Source of the DNA: Candidatus Iainarchaeum sp. | Lineage (GTDB): Archaea; Iainarchaeota; Iainarchaeia; Iainarchaeales; CSSED10-239 | Length of the DNA stretch: 32,000 bases | NCBI GenBank assembly: GCA_037441475.1 | Contig: JBBISB010000001.1 | Coordinates: forward strand, 336,418 to 368,417 | Direction of reading: 5' to 3' | Part shown: piece by piece, positions 18,217 through 26,331 of the stretch | Position numbering within the stretch: the stretch's first letter is position 1 | Layout of the letters: each line of letters begins with the position of its first letter | The notes under the pieces: generated by a model | The model's database searches: none | Told to the model about the DNA's origin: nothing | The model's input: only the letters and a program-made list of their open reading frames with translations | Translations under genes and position numbers: made by a program

Positions 18217-19014
18217 TTATTGAGAAAGGTTATCATCCGTTGAAAGATTTTCATCAATTATTAAATTTTCATCATCTAAAACATTTTCATCCACTGAAGG
18301 GTTCTCTGTTGGAGTGTTTTGTAAATTATTTATTTTTTCTTGAACATTACCTAAAGACTCTTCAATTAACCTTGCATCTTTAAACATCTGGTTAAAAGAT
18401 ATTACTAAAGAAAGATAAACATCTTCTTTTTTATTAGGAATAACTATAAGTAACTTTTCTTGTAAATTTAAGATAACTTGTGAAGATGTATTACCAGAGG
18501 AAAGATAATTAACCATAATTGTTGAAAAGTTAGAATCAATTAATGATAAACACTCTTCTTTATTAAGTTCATTATTTTCATAAACACTTCCCTGGTTTGA
18601 TTGACAGTAAAGAAGATTATTCTCCTCATCAACAACAGAGATTAAAAGAATTACATTCTTATTTTTAGCAGAAAGCATAGATTGAGTGTATACAATACCA
18701 TCGATTACTGAAGAAAGATAGTTTGTATCCGTGTAATTGTAATTAAAGATAACTAAAAAGTTTTCATCTTGAGAAAATATTTCAAAACCTTCCTTTATGT
18801 GAAAACCCTCTGAAATAAACTTTATTTTACTTTCTCTATCTGTAAAATAGTATCTGTTTTCAATAATTATTTTATTTAAGATTAAAGCAAGTAAGATGAT
18901 TACTACAAATATTAAAAATAACTTAATTATTAATTTTTTTCTTCTTTTCATTAAAGAATTATGTTTTATTTCTTTAACAGTTTGTGTTTTTGCAGAAACT
19001 AATGCTTGAGCCAT
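18217..19014 (-). CDS. hypothetical membrane-anchored protein with acidic C-terminal repeats
   Basis: A single N-terminal TM segment 'LIIKLFLIFVVIILLALILNKII'. The C-terminus has the reiterated motif 'DENVLDDENLIIDENLSTDDNLSQ'. No family recognised. Confidence 0.45.
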   Translation of the reverse strand: MAQALVSAKTQTVKEIKHNSLMKRRKKLIIKLFLIFVVIILLALILNKIIIENRYYFTDRESKIKFISEGFHIKEGFEIFSQDENFLVIFNYNYTDTNYLSSVIDGIVYTQSMLSAKNKNVILLISVVDEENNLLYCQSNQGSVYENNELNKEECLSLIDSNFSTIMVNYLSSGNTSSQVILNLQEKLLIVIPNKKEDVYLSLVISFNQMFKDARLIEESLGNVQEKINNLQNTPTENPSVDENVLDDENLIIDENLSTDDNLSQ

Positions 19015-19022
19015 ATATCATT

Positions 19023-19517
19023 TCACATTTTTAAGTATTTGTTTATTTTTTTTATATTTAACTTAAGGTCTTTTGTAACCTCAATAGGTATAAAATCAAT
19101 TTTTCTTGAAGAAAGCTTGTTTTCAAAGTAATTTGTTTTAGAGCAAAGAATATTTTCTTCAATCTTTAAGACATCATACCCTCTCTCCCTCATTTTATCT
19201 CTTTGAAACTTTTCAGGGGTGTTTAAAATAAAAATAAAATCCATTTTTTTTAAAGTTAATTTAGGTAGTTCACAGAATAAATGTCCTTCAAAGATAATAT
19301 TTTGTTTCTTCTTTAAAAGAAAACTAACTTTTTTAGCAAGTAAAGGAAGGGAAACTTCATACTCCTTTGTTTCTTTATTTTCCTCACCAAGATTGTTCTT
19401 TGTAGAAAACTCCTTATCGTTTATTACAATAAACTTTTGAAAAGGAAATTTCTTTTTAATCTCGTTTGCAATTGTTGATTTTCCTGAGGCTACTGGTCCT
19501 GTAATTACAAAGTACAT
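19023..19517 (-). CDS. Fap7/AK6-like P-loop nucleoside kinase (putative adenylate kinase)
   Basis: P-loop 'ITGPVASGKSTIANEI', 'FEGHLFCELP' and 'RERGYDVLKIEENILCS' follow the Fap7/adenylate kinase isoenzyme 6 pattern. 164 aa. Confidence 0.6.
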   Translation of the reverse strand: MYFVITGPVASGKSTIANEIKKKFPFQKFIVINDKEFSTKNNLGEENKETKEYEVSLPLLAKKVSFLLKKKQNIIFEGHLFCELPKLTLKKMDFIFILNTPEKFQRDKMRERGYDVLKIEENILCSKTNYFENKLSSRKIDFIPIEVTKDLKLNIKKINKYLKM

Positions 19518-19520
19518 AAA

Positions 19521-21413
19521 TTATCTAAGTCTCACACTTTCTAAGTTTTGGATAGCTAAGGTGTTGATATGGAACTTCTTTGAAACAAACTTTGAAAACT
19601 CTTGACAGGAGTCCCCGTGGTTTATTAAAATAGTTTTTGGTTTTGGGTTTAAGCTTGAAATGTAGTTTAGAAGTTCTTGACGGTAAGCGTGTCCTGAGAA
19701 GGCATCTATTGTTTCTATCTTTAAAAGAATATTTAAAGTTTTTGTTTTACCTTGAGAGTCTGTTATTACCATTGACTTTAGACCCTTTTGTACCTTTTGC
19801 CCTAAACTGTTCTTTGCTTGGTAACCTACAAAGACTAAGGAGTTTTTAGGGTTGTCTGCAAGCTCATTAAAGTAAGAGACTGAAGGGCCACCTGTAAGCA
19901 TACCTGAAGAAGCAATGATTATTGCACCAGGTGTGTTTAAAACTGCTTCACGGTTGTTTTCTTCATAATCAACAGCTCTAAAAAGCTTTGAAGAGAATGG
20001 AGAGTTATTTTGTAAAACTCTTGTCTTAATATTCATTTTTAAATATTCAGGGTAGACTGTGTGTATTAAAGAAGCCTCTCTTGTCATACCATCAATAAAT
20101 ACATTTTGTGATTTTAGTTTACCTCTTCTAAAATAATCCTCTAAAACAATCATTACCTCTTGAGCACGACCTACAGAGAAGACAGGGATTAAAGTTGTCC
20201 CTCCTCTATCAAAGGTGTCGTTAAGAGTATCTATTAAATGATCCTCTGATTTATTTCTTGAAGGGTTTAATGGCTTACCACCGTATGTACTCTCTAAGAT
20301 CAAAGTATCAACTCTTGGATAACTTGCATCCATGTTGTTGTAAAGTCTTGTAAAACCGTACTTAATATCAGCAGAGTAAACTAAGTTATGTTTACCATCA
20401 CCTATGTGTAGATGAGCAGAAGCTGAACCTAGGATGTGTGAGGAGTTATAGAAGGTAAGTCTTATTCCAGGAGCAATGTCTGTTACTTCTCTGAAGTTTT
20501 TAGTTATACAGTGTTTTATAACTTGCTTAACATCCTCTTCACCGTAAAGAGCCTCTCTTCCTGATTTTTCAGAAACAGAAATTGCATCTAAAAGTAAAAG
20601 AGCCATGATGTCCTTTGTTGGTTCTGTACAGTAAACAGGGCCTCTATAACCTGCTCTAAAAAGAAAAGGAAGGAAACCAACATGATCGATGTGTGCGTGG
20701 GTTATAACAATTGCATCAAGTTCCTCTAAAGGAAACCTTATAACTCCAAAGAAAGGAGCTTCTTCGTTTTTATCAGCTGGGTTAATACCACAATCTAAAA
20801 GAATTTTTGTATCTGGAGTTTCTAAAAGAATAGCACTTCTTCCAACCTCTCTAAAACCACCTAAAGCTGTCATTCTTACCCAGTCTTTGGTGCTTACTGG
20901 AGGAGAATATATTTTTTGTGCAACATCTTTTAAAAATTGTTTTCTCTCTGTGTTGTTTTTAATTGCATACCCTCTTATTTTTTTCATGATCTCAGATGGC
21001 TCAATTGGTGCTCTTAATATTTTAGGGATCCATTTTGTTTCTTTAATAATAGCTTTTGAAACATCTCCTAATTTACCTATAACTACACCTGGCTTTTCAG
21101 CTTCAATTACAACTTCTGAAAAAACACCATCAAAGGCAATTGATTTTATGCCTGCATCTTCGGGTATTATTTTTTTTATAACATTATAGGCTTCAGCAGA
21201 GTCCATTAAAGCAGACTTGTCTGTTCTAATGTTAATTCTTTTTTTAAATTTTTCTGCAATCTCACCTACAATTGTTTTATTATCAAAAAAAGAATAAGTG
21301 TCTGAGGTATAGATAGCTATCTCTGAGGCTTCAGGTTCAATTTTTGAAAAAATCATTTTCTTCTCTATAAGAAGAGTTGATATTTGTTTTTTAATATTGT
21401 CGAATAAATCCAT
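19521..21413 (-). CDS. aCPSF1 (FttA) beta-CASP ribonuclease with N-terminal KH domains
   Basis: 630 aa. The KH-like N-terminus includes 'VVIGKLGDVSKAI'. Metallo-beta-lactamase motif 'ITHAHIDHVGFLPFL'. The beta-CASP region includes 'LILESTYGG' and 'FSGHA'. Length and order are typical of aCPSF1. Confidence 0.85.
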   Translation of the reverse strand: MDLFDNIKKQISTLLIEKKMIFSKIEPEASEIAIYTSDTYSFFDNKTIVGEIAEKFKKRINIRTDKSALMDSAEAYNVIKKIIPEDAGIKSIAFDGVFSEVVIEAEKPGVVIGKLGDVSKAIIKETKWIPKILRAPIEPSEIMKKIRGYAIKNNTERKQFLKDVAQKIYSPPVSTKDWVRMTALGGFREVGRSAILLETPDTKILLDCGINPADKNEEAPFFGVIRFPLEELDAIVITHAHIDHVGFLPFLFRAGYRGPVYCTEPTKDIMALLLLDAISVSEKSGREALYGEEDVKQVIKHCITKNFREVTDIAPGIRLTFYNSSHILGSASAHLHIGDGKHNLVYSADIKYGFTRLYNNMDASYPRVDTLILESTYGGKPLNPSRNKSEDHLIDTLNDTFDRGGTTLIPVFSVGRAQEVMIVLEDYFRRGKLKSQNVFIDGMTREASLIHTVYPEYLKMNIKTRVLQNNSPFSSKLFRAVDYEENNREAVLNTPGAIIIASSGMLTGGPSVSYFNELADNPKNSLVFVGYQAKNSLGQKVQKGLKSMVITDSQGKTKTLNILLKIETIDAFSGHAYRQELLNYISSLNPKPKTILINHGDSCQEFSKFVSKKFHINTLAIQNLESVRLR

Positions 21414-21596
21414 ATATGTTCACGTATGTGTTTTTTGTAAAAAAGTTTTTTTAAATATAAAGTATAAATATTTACGTTTATTTAAGAAAATAATTGTTTA
21501 AATGTTTTTTTATTAAAAAAATGTAAAAAAATAAATTTACATTTTTATATAATAGAAGTTTTTTTATAAAAGGTAAAAAAATAATTAAAAAAGAAA

Positions 21597-22202
21597 TTAC
21601 TTATATTTTTCAATAGGTAATTCTTCAATACCATCTTTTTTAATTACAACAATCTTTATTCCATCCCCACCTGTAAAAAGATCTCTTTTCTTTGCAGAGG
21701 TAATAGCTTCTTTTGCAATTTCAATTGCATCTTTAACAGTTAAAGAGGATTTGTAGTTTTTATCAAGAACACTTAAAGCAAGTTCTGAACCAGATCCTGA
21801 GAAAGAAAAATTTTCTTCCTTTGAAAAACCACCAAGCATGTCAAGAGAATAAAGGTCTTGATCTGAACCTGCAAGTATTAATTGAGAGTAGTAAGGGATC
21901 ATTTTACTTGAGTTTAAGATGTTTGATAAAAGAGTAACACATGATTTTGTGCTTAAAGCCCTTTTATGTTCAAGCTCATAAAGGTTTGCATGATTTTGTA
22001 AGTATCTAACTAAGACCATGGCATCTCCAACTGAACCTGCAATTGTCATTGCTATTCTGTCGTTTATTTTATATATTTTTGTTGTGTTGTTGTTAACAGC
22101 TAAGTTACCCATAGAAGCTTGCATGTCTGCTGCTAAGATGATACCATCTTTTGCAACAATACCAACTGTTGTTGTGCCTGTCTTTAATGTTTTATCTGTC
22201 AA
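21597..22202 (-). CDS. psmB: proteasome subunit beta
   Basis: A short propeptide followed by 'KTGTTTVGIVAKDGIILAADMQAS', with the catalytic Thr after Gly. 201 aa. The first 21 codons lie inside repeat copy A. Confidence 0.9.
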   Translation of the reverse strand: MTDKTLKTGTTTVGIVAKDGIILAADMQASMGNLAVNNNTTKIYKINDRIAMTIAGSVGDAMVLVRYLQNHANLYELEHKRALSTKSCVTLLSNILNSSKMIPYYSQLILAGSDQDLYSLDMLGGFSKEENFSFSGSGSELALSVLDKNYKSSLTVKDAIEIAKEAITSAKKRDLFTGGDGIKIVVIKKDGIEELPIEKYK

Positions 22203-22272
22203 AATTATTCACCTTTCTTATTACTTAATTTTTGAACGAAATTAACGTTTTCAAAACTTGTAGAATCAAAAA

Positions 22273-22914
22273 CTAACTTTGCAAAAACAATTGTTTAAAA
22301 TAATCTATTTCTTGAGGAACTCCAAAAGGAAGTTCTACTGAAACATCTTTTTCTTTAGAGCTTAACTTTAATTGTCCAGCAGGCATAAAGTAAAAAGACT
22401 TTTCTAAAAGAAGAGGTAATTTGTCTTCATCCTTTGAAATAACTTTATTAATTGTTATTGTGTATTCTAAATCTCTTCCAGCATAGATAGGGTTAAAGTC
22501 AACCTTTACTCTTCCACCAGAAATTGAAATTATCTTACCTGATTTGTTGCCTATGTTTACAAATAAACCAACTTCAGGTCTTACATTTTCTTTTTTAAAT
22601 TCATTTAAAGAAACAAGTTCTACTTTATTTGAATCTCTATCTTTGAAAGCTTGTTCTTTTTTTAAGAGGAAAGTTTTTGTTTTTCCTATATCTAAATCAG
22701 AGATATTATCTTCAATACCTTTTAATAATTCGCCAGTTCCGAAAAGATAGTTTAAAGGTTTATATTCATTCTTTAAGTTTAAGTTATTTTCTTTTGCCAC
22801 TTCTTTTTTAGTTGTGTCAAGTATTTCTTTTGTGTTTGCGTCTTTTAAAATAAGATCAATTTCTACAATGTCTTTTGTTTTTATCATATTAATAAACCTC
22901 TTTTGTGTAATCAT
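22273..22914 (-). CDS. FKBP-type peptidyl-prolyl cis-trans isomerase (archaeal long type with insert-in-flap), copy A
   Basis: 'KPLNYLFGTGELLKGIEDNISDLDIGKTKTFLL', a long insert, then 'GRVKVDFNPIYAGRDLEYTITINKV' (the FNHPLAGK.L.F pattern). The likely true start is the Met at 22887 ('MIKTKD'). Confidence 0.75.
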   Translation of the reverse strand: MITQKRFINMIKTKDIVEIDLILKDANTKEILDTTKKEVAKENNLNLKNEYKPLNYLFGTGELLKGIEDNISDLDIGKTKTFLLKKEQAFKDRDSNKVELVSLNEFKKENVRPEVGLFVNIGNKSGKIISISGGRVKVDFNPIYAGRDLEYTITINKVISKDEDKLPLLLEKSFYFMPAGQLKLSSKEKDVSVELPFGVPQEIDYFKQLFLQS

Positions 22915-23117
22915 AGAATTAATGTTTTCATTTACCTATTTACAACTGTTTTATAAACTTTAAAGCAGTATCAAAAATAGGATTTTTATAAAAGTAGATG
23001 TTTTATATAATATATTAATGAACCGATTTGCTTAAAAAGATTTGTTTTTATGTAGCTTTAAGGGGTAAGCACAAATTATTTATTAAATTTTAAAATATTA
23101 AAGAAATTATAAAAAAA

Positions 23118-23471
23118 TTACTCTAACAACCATTTCCAGACAGGAATTACTTTATTATCTATATTAAACTCATCTTCTTGATAATAAGTTAATATGTACC
23201 CTATTTTTAATTTAAAAAAATCCATAGCGAAAACTAATCCTTTAATTTCCCTATCTTTATTATTATCATTTAACTCAAAACAAACTTGATAAGTTTCAAA
23301 AGATTTATCTTTAGCTATAAAATCACATTCAGAATTATCTTCATTAAAATAAGTAATTTCTTTTCCTTTTCTAATCAATTCTAAAAAAACAATATTTTCA
23401 AGTAAATGTCCTTTATCTTGATATCTTTGGAAAGTTAATATATTTCTTAAACAAGATTGGCACAGAATATG
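23118..23471 (-). pseudogene. 3' remnant of a DUF4143-type AAA ATPase gene, copy A
   Basis: The open frame from 23471 reads '...QRYQDKGHLLENIVFLELIRKGKEITYFNEDNSECDFIAKD...IPVWKWLLE'. This matches only the C-terminal ~110 aa of archaeal ATPases of this type (G.L.EN.V..EL...G....Y......E.DF.). No P-loop region lies upstream. Confidence 0.55.
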
Positions 23472-23551
23472 CTAAAAAAATCTAATTTGTTGGCATTAAC
23501 AGTTCCAATAAAACCAACAATATTTTTAATGTTAAATTAAACATAAATATA

Positions 23552-24562
23552 TTATTTAATATTTAAAGTACTTAAGAGATTATAAGAGTTTGAATGCTTT
23601 GCATAATCTAAAAAAGAAAAAAGAGAAGCCCTGAAGTTAAGTATAGAAATTTTATTTTGTTTTAGTAAATAATTATTTTTATTTTGCCTTTTTAGAAATC
23701 TTTTAACATTTGATTTTTTTAATCTTATGTTTGAAGGAAATACCTTATAACCTAAAAAATCAACACCTTTGCTTACTAAGTTAATATAAATTTTATTCTT
23801 TGGAACATCTAATAATAGTTCTTTACTTAAAAATAATTTAATTTTTCTTCTAAAAACCTTTAAATCTTTTTTAGAGTTTGAAAATATTAAAAAATCATCA
23901 ACATATCTATAATAAAGTTTAATTTTCAAAGTATGCTTAACATATTGATCTAATTGATTTAGATAAATATTTGCAAACAACTGAGAAGTTAAATTACCTA
24001 TAGGAATTCCTTTTTCAGTATTATTTACATTAAAAGAATAACTATCAATTATTTGATATATTAGAGAAAGTAACCTTTCATCCTTAATTCTTTTTTTGAT
24101 TATTCTTTTTAAAGTGGGTTTATGAACAGAAGGAAAGTATTTTTTAACATCTTGGTTTAAATAATATTTTGGAGGATTAGTGGTTTGAATGACATTTTTA
24201 ATTTCAAAAAGGCCTTTATGTGTGCCTTTTCCTTTTCTGCAAGCAAAGGAATTATTTATAAAAGTTTTATCAAAAATAGGTTCTATGATATTAATTATTG
24301 AATGTTGAACAACTACATCTCTAAAAGTTGGAGCACTAATAATTCTTTATTTAGGTTCATAAACTTTAAAACTTCTGTAAGGAGAAAATTGAAAATTTTC
24401 TGAAATTAATTGATCTTGTAATAAAAATAGCTCCTTTTCTAAATTTGTTGTAAATTGCAAGACATATTTTTTATTAGGTGTTGATTTTTTTGCTTTTTTA
24501 TAAGCATTAAAAAGATTTTTAAAAGAAGTAAACTCTTTCCAAAGGTTATTGTATGATTTCAT
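23552..24562 (-). pseudogene. DGR-type reverse transcriptase with one in-frame TAA (24347-24349), copy A
   Basis: I hand-translated 23981-24346 in the same frame as both tracked ORFs. It reads '...FKVYEPK*RIISAPTFRDVVVQHSIINIIEPIFDKTFINNSFACRKGKGTHKGL...KYFPSVHKPTL...GIPIGNLTSQLFANIYLNQLD...YYRYVDDFLIF...GVDFLGYKV'. RT motifs 1-7 are all present and the stop is the only disruption. 'IGNLTSQ' is the DGR-clade signature in motif 4. Confidence 0.85.
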
Positions 24563-24799
24563 TTTTAAAAAAACTTATTTAAAGTTAAAAGTTATTACAG
24601 ATTTCTTTTTACAGACTATAAAAATACTAAATGTAATAACTTATCTTTATATTTGATTTTTTAACATAAAAACAATAAAGTTTTTATGGCATACATCATA
24701 TGCAATCAGGAAACATTTTACAGATGTAGTTTTTTAAAATATTCGCTTTATATGTTTTTTTAAAAAAAACAAAAATATAACATATAAACTCTGATAAAA

Positions 24800-24821
24800 C
24801 CTTATTTCTTTAAAAATAAGG
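24800..24821 (-). terminator. hairpin plus T-run just downstream of the DGR target stop, copy A
   Basis: 8-bp stem ccttattt (24800-24807) / aaataagg (24814-24821) with a 6-nt loop. It starts 5 nt after the TAG on the minus strand and is followed by TTTTA. Confidence 0.35.
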
Positions 24822-24826
24822 AGAAA

Positions 24827-26194
24827 CTACTGAACGCAGCGCAAGCCGAAGAAGTCGGTCCGGCTTGTAGGAATGTTGGTCAAGTTCAGGGACAAGACAC
24901 CGGCACTAGAGTCATTGAGCCAGCGACCACCGCGCAAAAAAGCGTATACAGTCTTACTTGTGTCATTTATATTACTATAAGTATAAAGCCTACCAACACC
25001 ATTATTCGCATTATAACTATTACTTGTAAGTAAAAATAAATCTTTATACTTTAAAGTAGTGTTACCTAAATTATCAGAATAAATATATTGGTTTCCTCCA
25101 CCACCTTTTGAATAATCAAAAAAATTAAAGCCAGAAGTATAATTACTATCATCAGAATTATTAAATCCATCAGGCTGGTCTTTTATTTGGATAGTATCAC
25201 TAGTCCATTGCCAAACATTACCTGCTAAATCCCAAATTACCTCTCCATTAGTTAAAGTTAAAGTTCTTTTTGTAATTCCTGAAAGCTCGTCAAAACCGTC
25301 CATGGCCCTAGAGGATGATGAATTTCCTCTTGGAAGGTATCCTGAACCAACTTCTCCACCAGACCAGTTGGAGGGAACTTGTTCAATATTTCTTACAATT
25401 GTCATCCATTCGTTATTAGTTATTAAATGACCACCGATAGCTTCACAAGCGGCTATTGCTTCGGTTTGGGTAATTCTTACTATTGGAGAGCCTTCTGGAG
25501 TGGACACTAAGGTTCCTGGTGTTGGACATAATTCATAATTATAAGTATTAGATGTTAAAGAACCAGTATTACAATTAGGATAATCAGCTACAAGATTTCC
25601 TTTGCCATCACCATTTACATCCATTTTCATCTGATATTTTGAAACACAAAAACCCCCTCTTTCATTCATTGTACCATAAAGGTGGTTTCCAGGAACAGGA
25701 ATAAATCCTTCTGGACAAGAAGATGGATATTTAATATTTTGACGAAGAGAGGTTTTGGTTATCATTCTATCATTATCAAGGTAAAAAACAATATTTAAGT
25801 TGTCTTCTAAAATACCATGATCAATTACTGCTGTCTGGTTTGCAGTAATTGTTACTGGTGGGTCTAATGGATTAATATTAGTATTTCCGTGCAAGGAATA
25901 ACCAGTTATGGTTAAAGAGGTGAAAGGAGAACCATAAGGAGGATTATACTCTAAAATAGTTCTGCCATTTATGGAATCTTTTACTTGCAAATAAAAAGAA
26001 GTTTCTGATTCTGTGTAAATATCAAGACTTGAGGTTTTACCTAAGGAATCATTGGTAAAACCTTTTCCCCAAGAAACAATTATTGCAATAATAGCAACAG
26101 CAACAACTATTAAAAGAATGGTTGCAATTAATGGAGAAATTCCTTTCCTTTTTTTATTTTCCATTTGAAAAAAAATATTTGTATCTATACTCAT
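24827..26194 (-). CDS. DGR target protein: class III (type IV pilin-like) signal peptide plus C-terminal FGE-sulfatase/C-type-lectin-fold domain, copy A
   Basis: N-terminus 'MENKKRKGISPLIATILLIVVAVAIIAIIVSW' is an archaeal pilin-type signal, so the likely start is the Met at 26164. FGE/SUMF1-type motifs are 'GGHLITNNEWMTIVRN', 'WDLAGNVWQWTSD' and 'AFLRGGRW...FFGLRCVQ*'. Confidence 0.8.
   Translation of the reverse strand: MSIDTNIFFQMENKKRKGISPLIATILLIVVAVAIIAIIVSWGKGFTNDSLGKTSSLDIYTESETSFYLQVKDSINGRTILEYNPPYGSPFTSLTITGYSLHGNTNINPLDPPVTITANQTAVIDHGILEDNLNIVFYLDNDRMITKTSLRQNIKYPSSCPEGFIPVPGNHLYGTMNERGGFCVSKYQMKMDVNGDGKGNLVADYPNCNTGSLTSNTYNYELCPTPGTLVSTPEGSPIVRITQTEAIAACEAIGGHLITNNEWMTIVRNIEQVPSNWSGGEVGSGYLPRGNSSSSRAMDGFDELSGITKRTLTLTNGEVIWDLAGNVWQWTSDTIQIKDQPDGFNNSDDSNYTSGFNFFDYSKGGGGNQYIYSDNLGNTTLKYKDLFLLTSNSYNANNGVGRLYTYSNINDTSKTVYAFLRGGRWLNDSSAGVLSLNLTNIPTSRTDFFGLRCVQ
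24830..24946 (-). other. candidate DGR variable region (VR), copy A
   Basis: The last ~39 codons ('AFLRGGRWLNDSSAGVLSLNLTNIPTSRTDFFGLRCVQ') form a compositional island. By hand count about 61 of 105 nt in 24831-24935 are G+C, against very AT-rich flanks. This is the position where CLec/FGE-fold DGR targets carry their VR. Confidence 0.6.
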
Positions 26195-26203
26195 AAATGA
26201 TCT

Positions 26204-26268
26204 AACATAATATATATAAACATAATATATATAAACATAATATATATAAACAAATTATATATATATAA
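26204..26268. repeat. 15-bp tandem repeat, three perfect copies plus a degenerate fourth
   Basis: 'cataatatatataaa' occurs at 26206-26220, 26221-26235 and 26236-26250, followed by 'caaattatatatata'. It lies directly upstream (minus strand) of the DGR target gene. Each unit reads 'tttatatatattatg' on the coding strand, which is TATA-box-like. Confidence 0.8.
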
Positions 26269-26331
26269 GAAGATAATATTTATAAAGATATCTAAAGTAA
26301 ATAAAACTAATAAGTTAAAAAAAAATAAAAA

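Larger units (their letters stand above)
22140..25649. repeat. direct repeat copy A (at least 3,510 bp, no mismatch seen against copy B)
   Basis: All ORF pairs are offset by exactly 6,351 nt with identical translations, and the intergenic stretches I compared by eye are identical. Identity starts at 22140 ('gataccatcttttgc'). The base before it differs (t at 22139, a at 28490). Confidence 0.9.

Noticed and set aside
22018-22245. ORFs 22018-22245 and 28381-28596, which share the C-terminal peptide 'ATIPTVVVPVFNVLSVKIIHLSYYLIFERN'.
   Set aside because: Both are antisense read-through of the psmB 5' end and its upstream region, which is duplicated in copy B. They are not independent genes.
23480-23530. 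A possible template repeat downstream of the RT. The minus strand reads 'attgttggttttattggaactgttaatgccaac', which shares 'aat gcc' and 'ggt' with the VR.
   Set aside because: Codon-by-codon alignment to the VR goes out of register after a few bases and needs indels. The similarity is at chance level for such short strings.
24347-24349. The idea that TAA is reassigned genome-wide or read through, prompted by two in-frame TAAs (RT and the JAMM-like pair).
   Set aside because: TAA terminates many clearly complete genes in this window at the expected protein ends, for example DUF655 at 1426-1428 and ksgA at 2240-2242. Global reassignment is therefore not supported, and local nonsense mutation in an AT-biased genome is the simpler explanation.
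26204-26268. A CRISPR-like array or a mobile-element terminal repeat.
   Set aside because: The 15-bp units are contiguous with no spacers. They are pure A/T-rich promoter-like sequence, and no cas or transposase genes are nearby.
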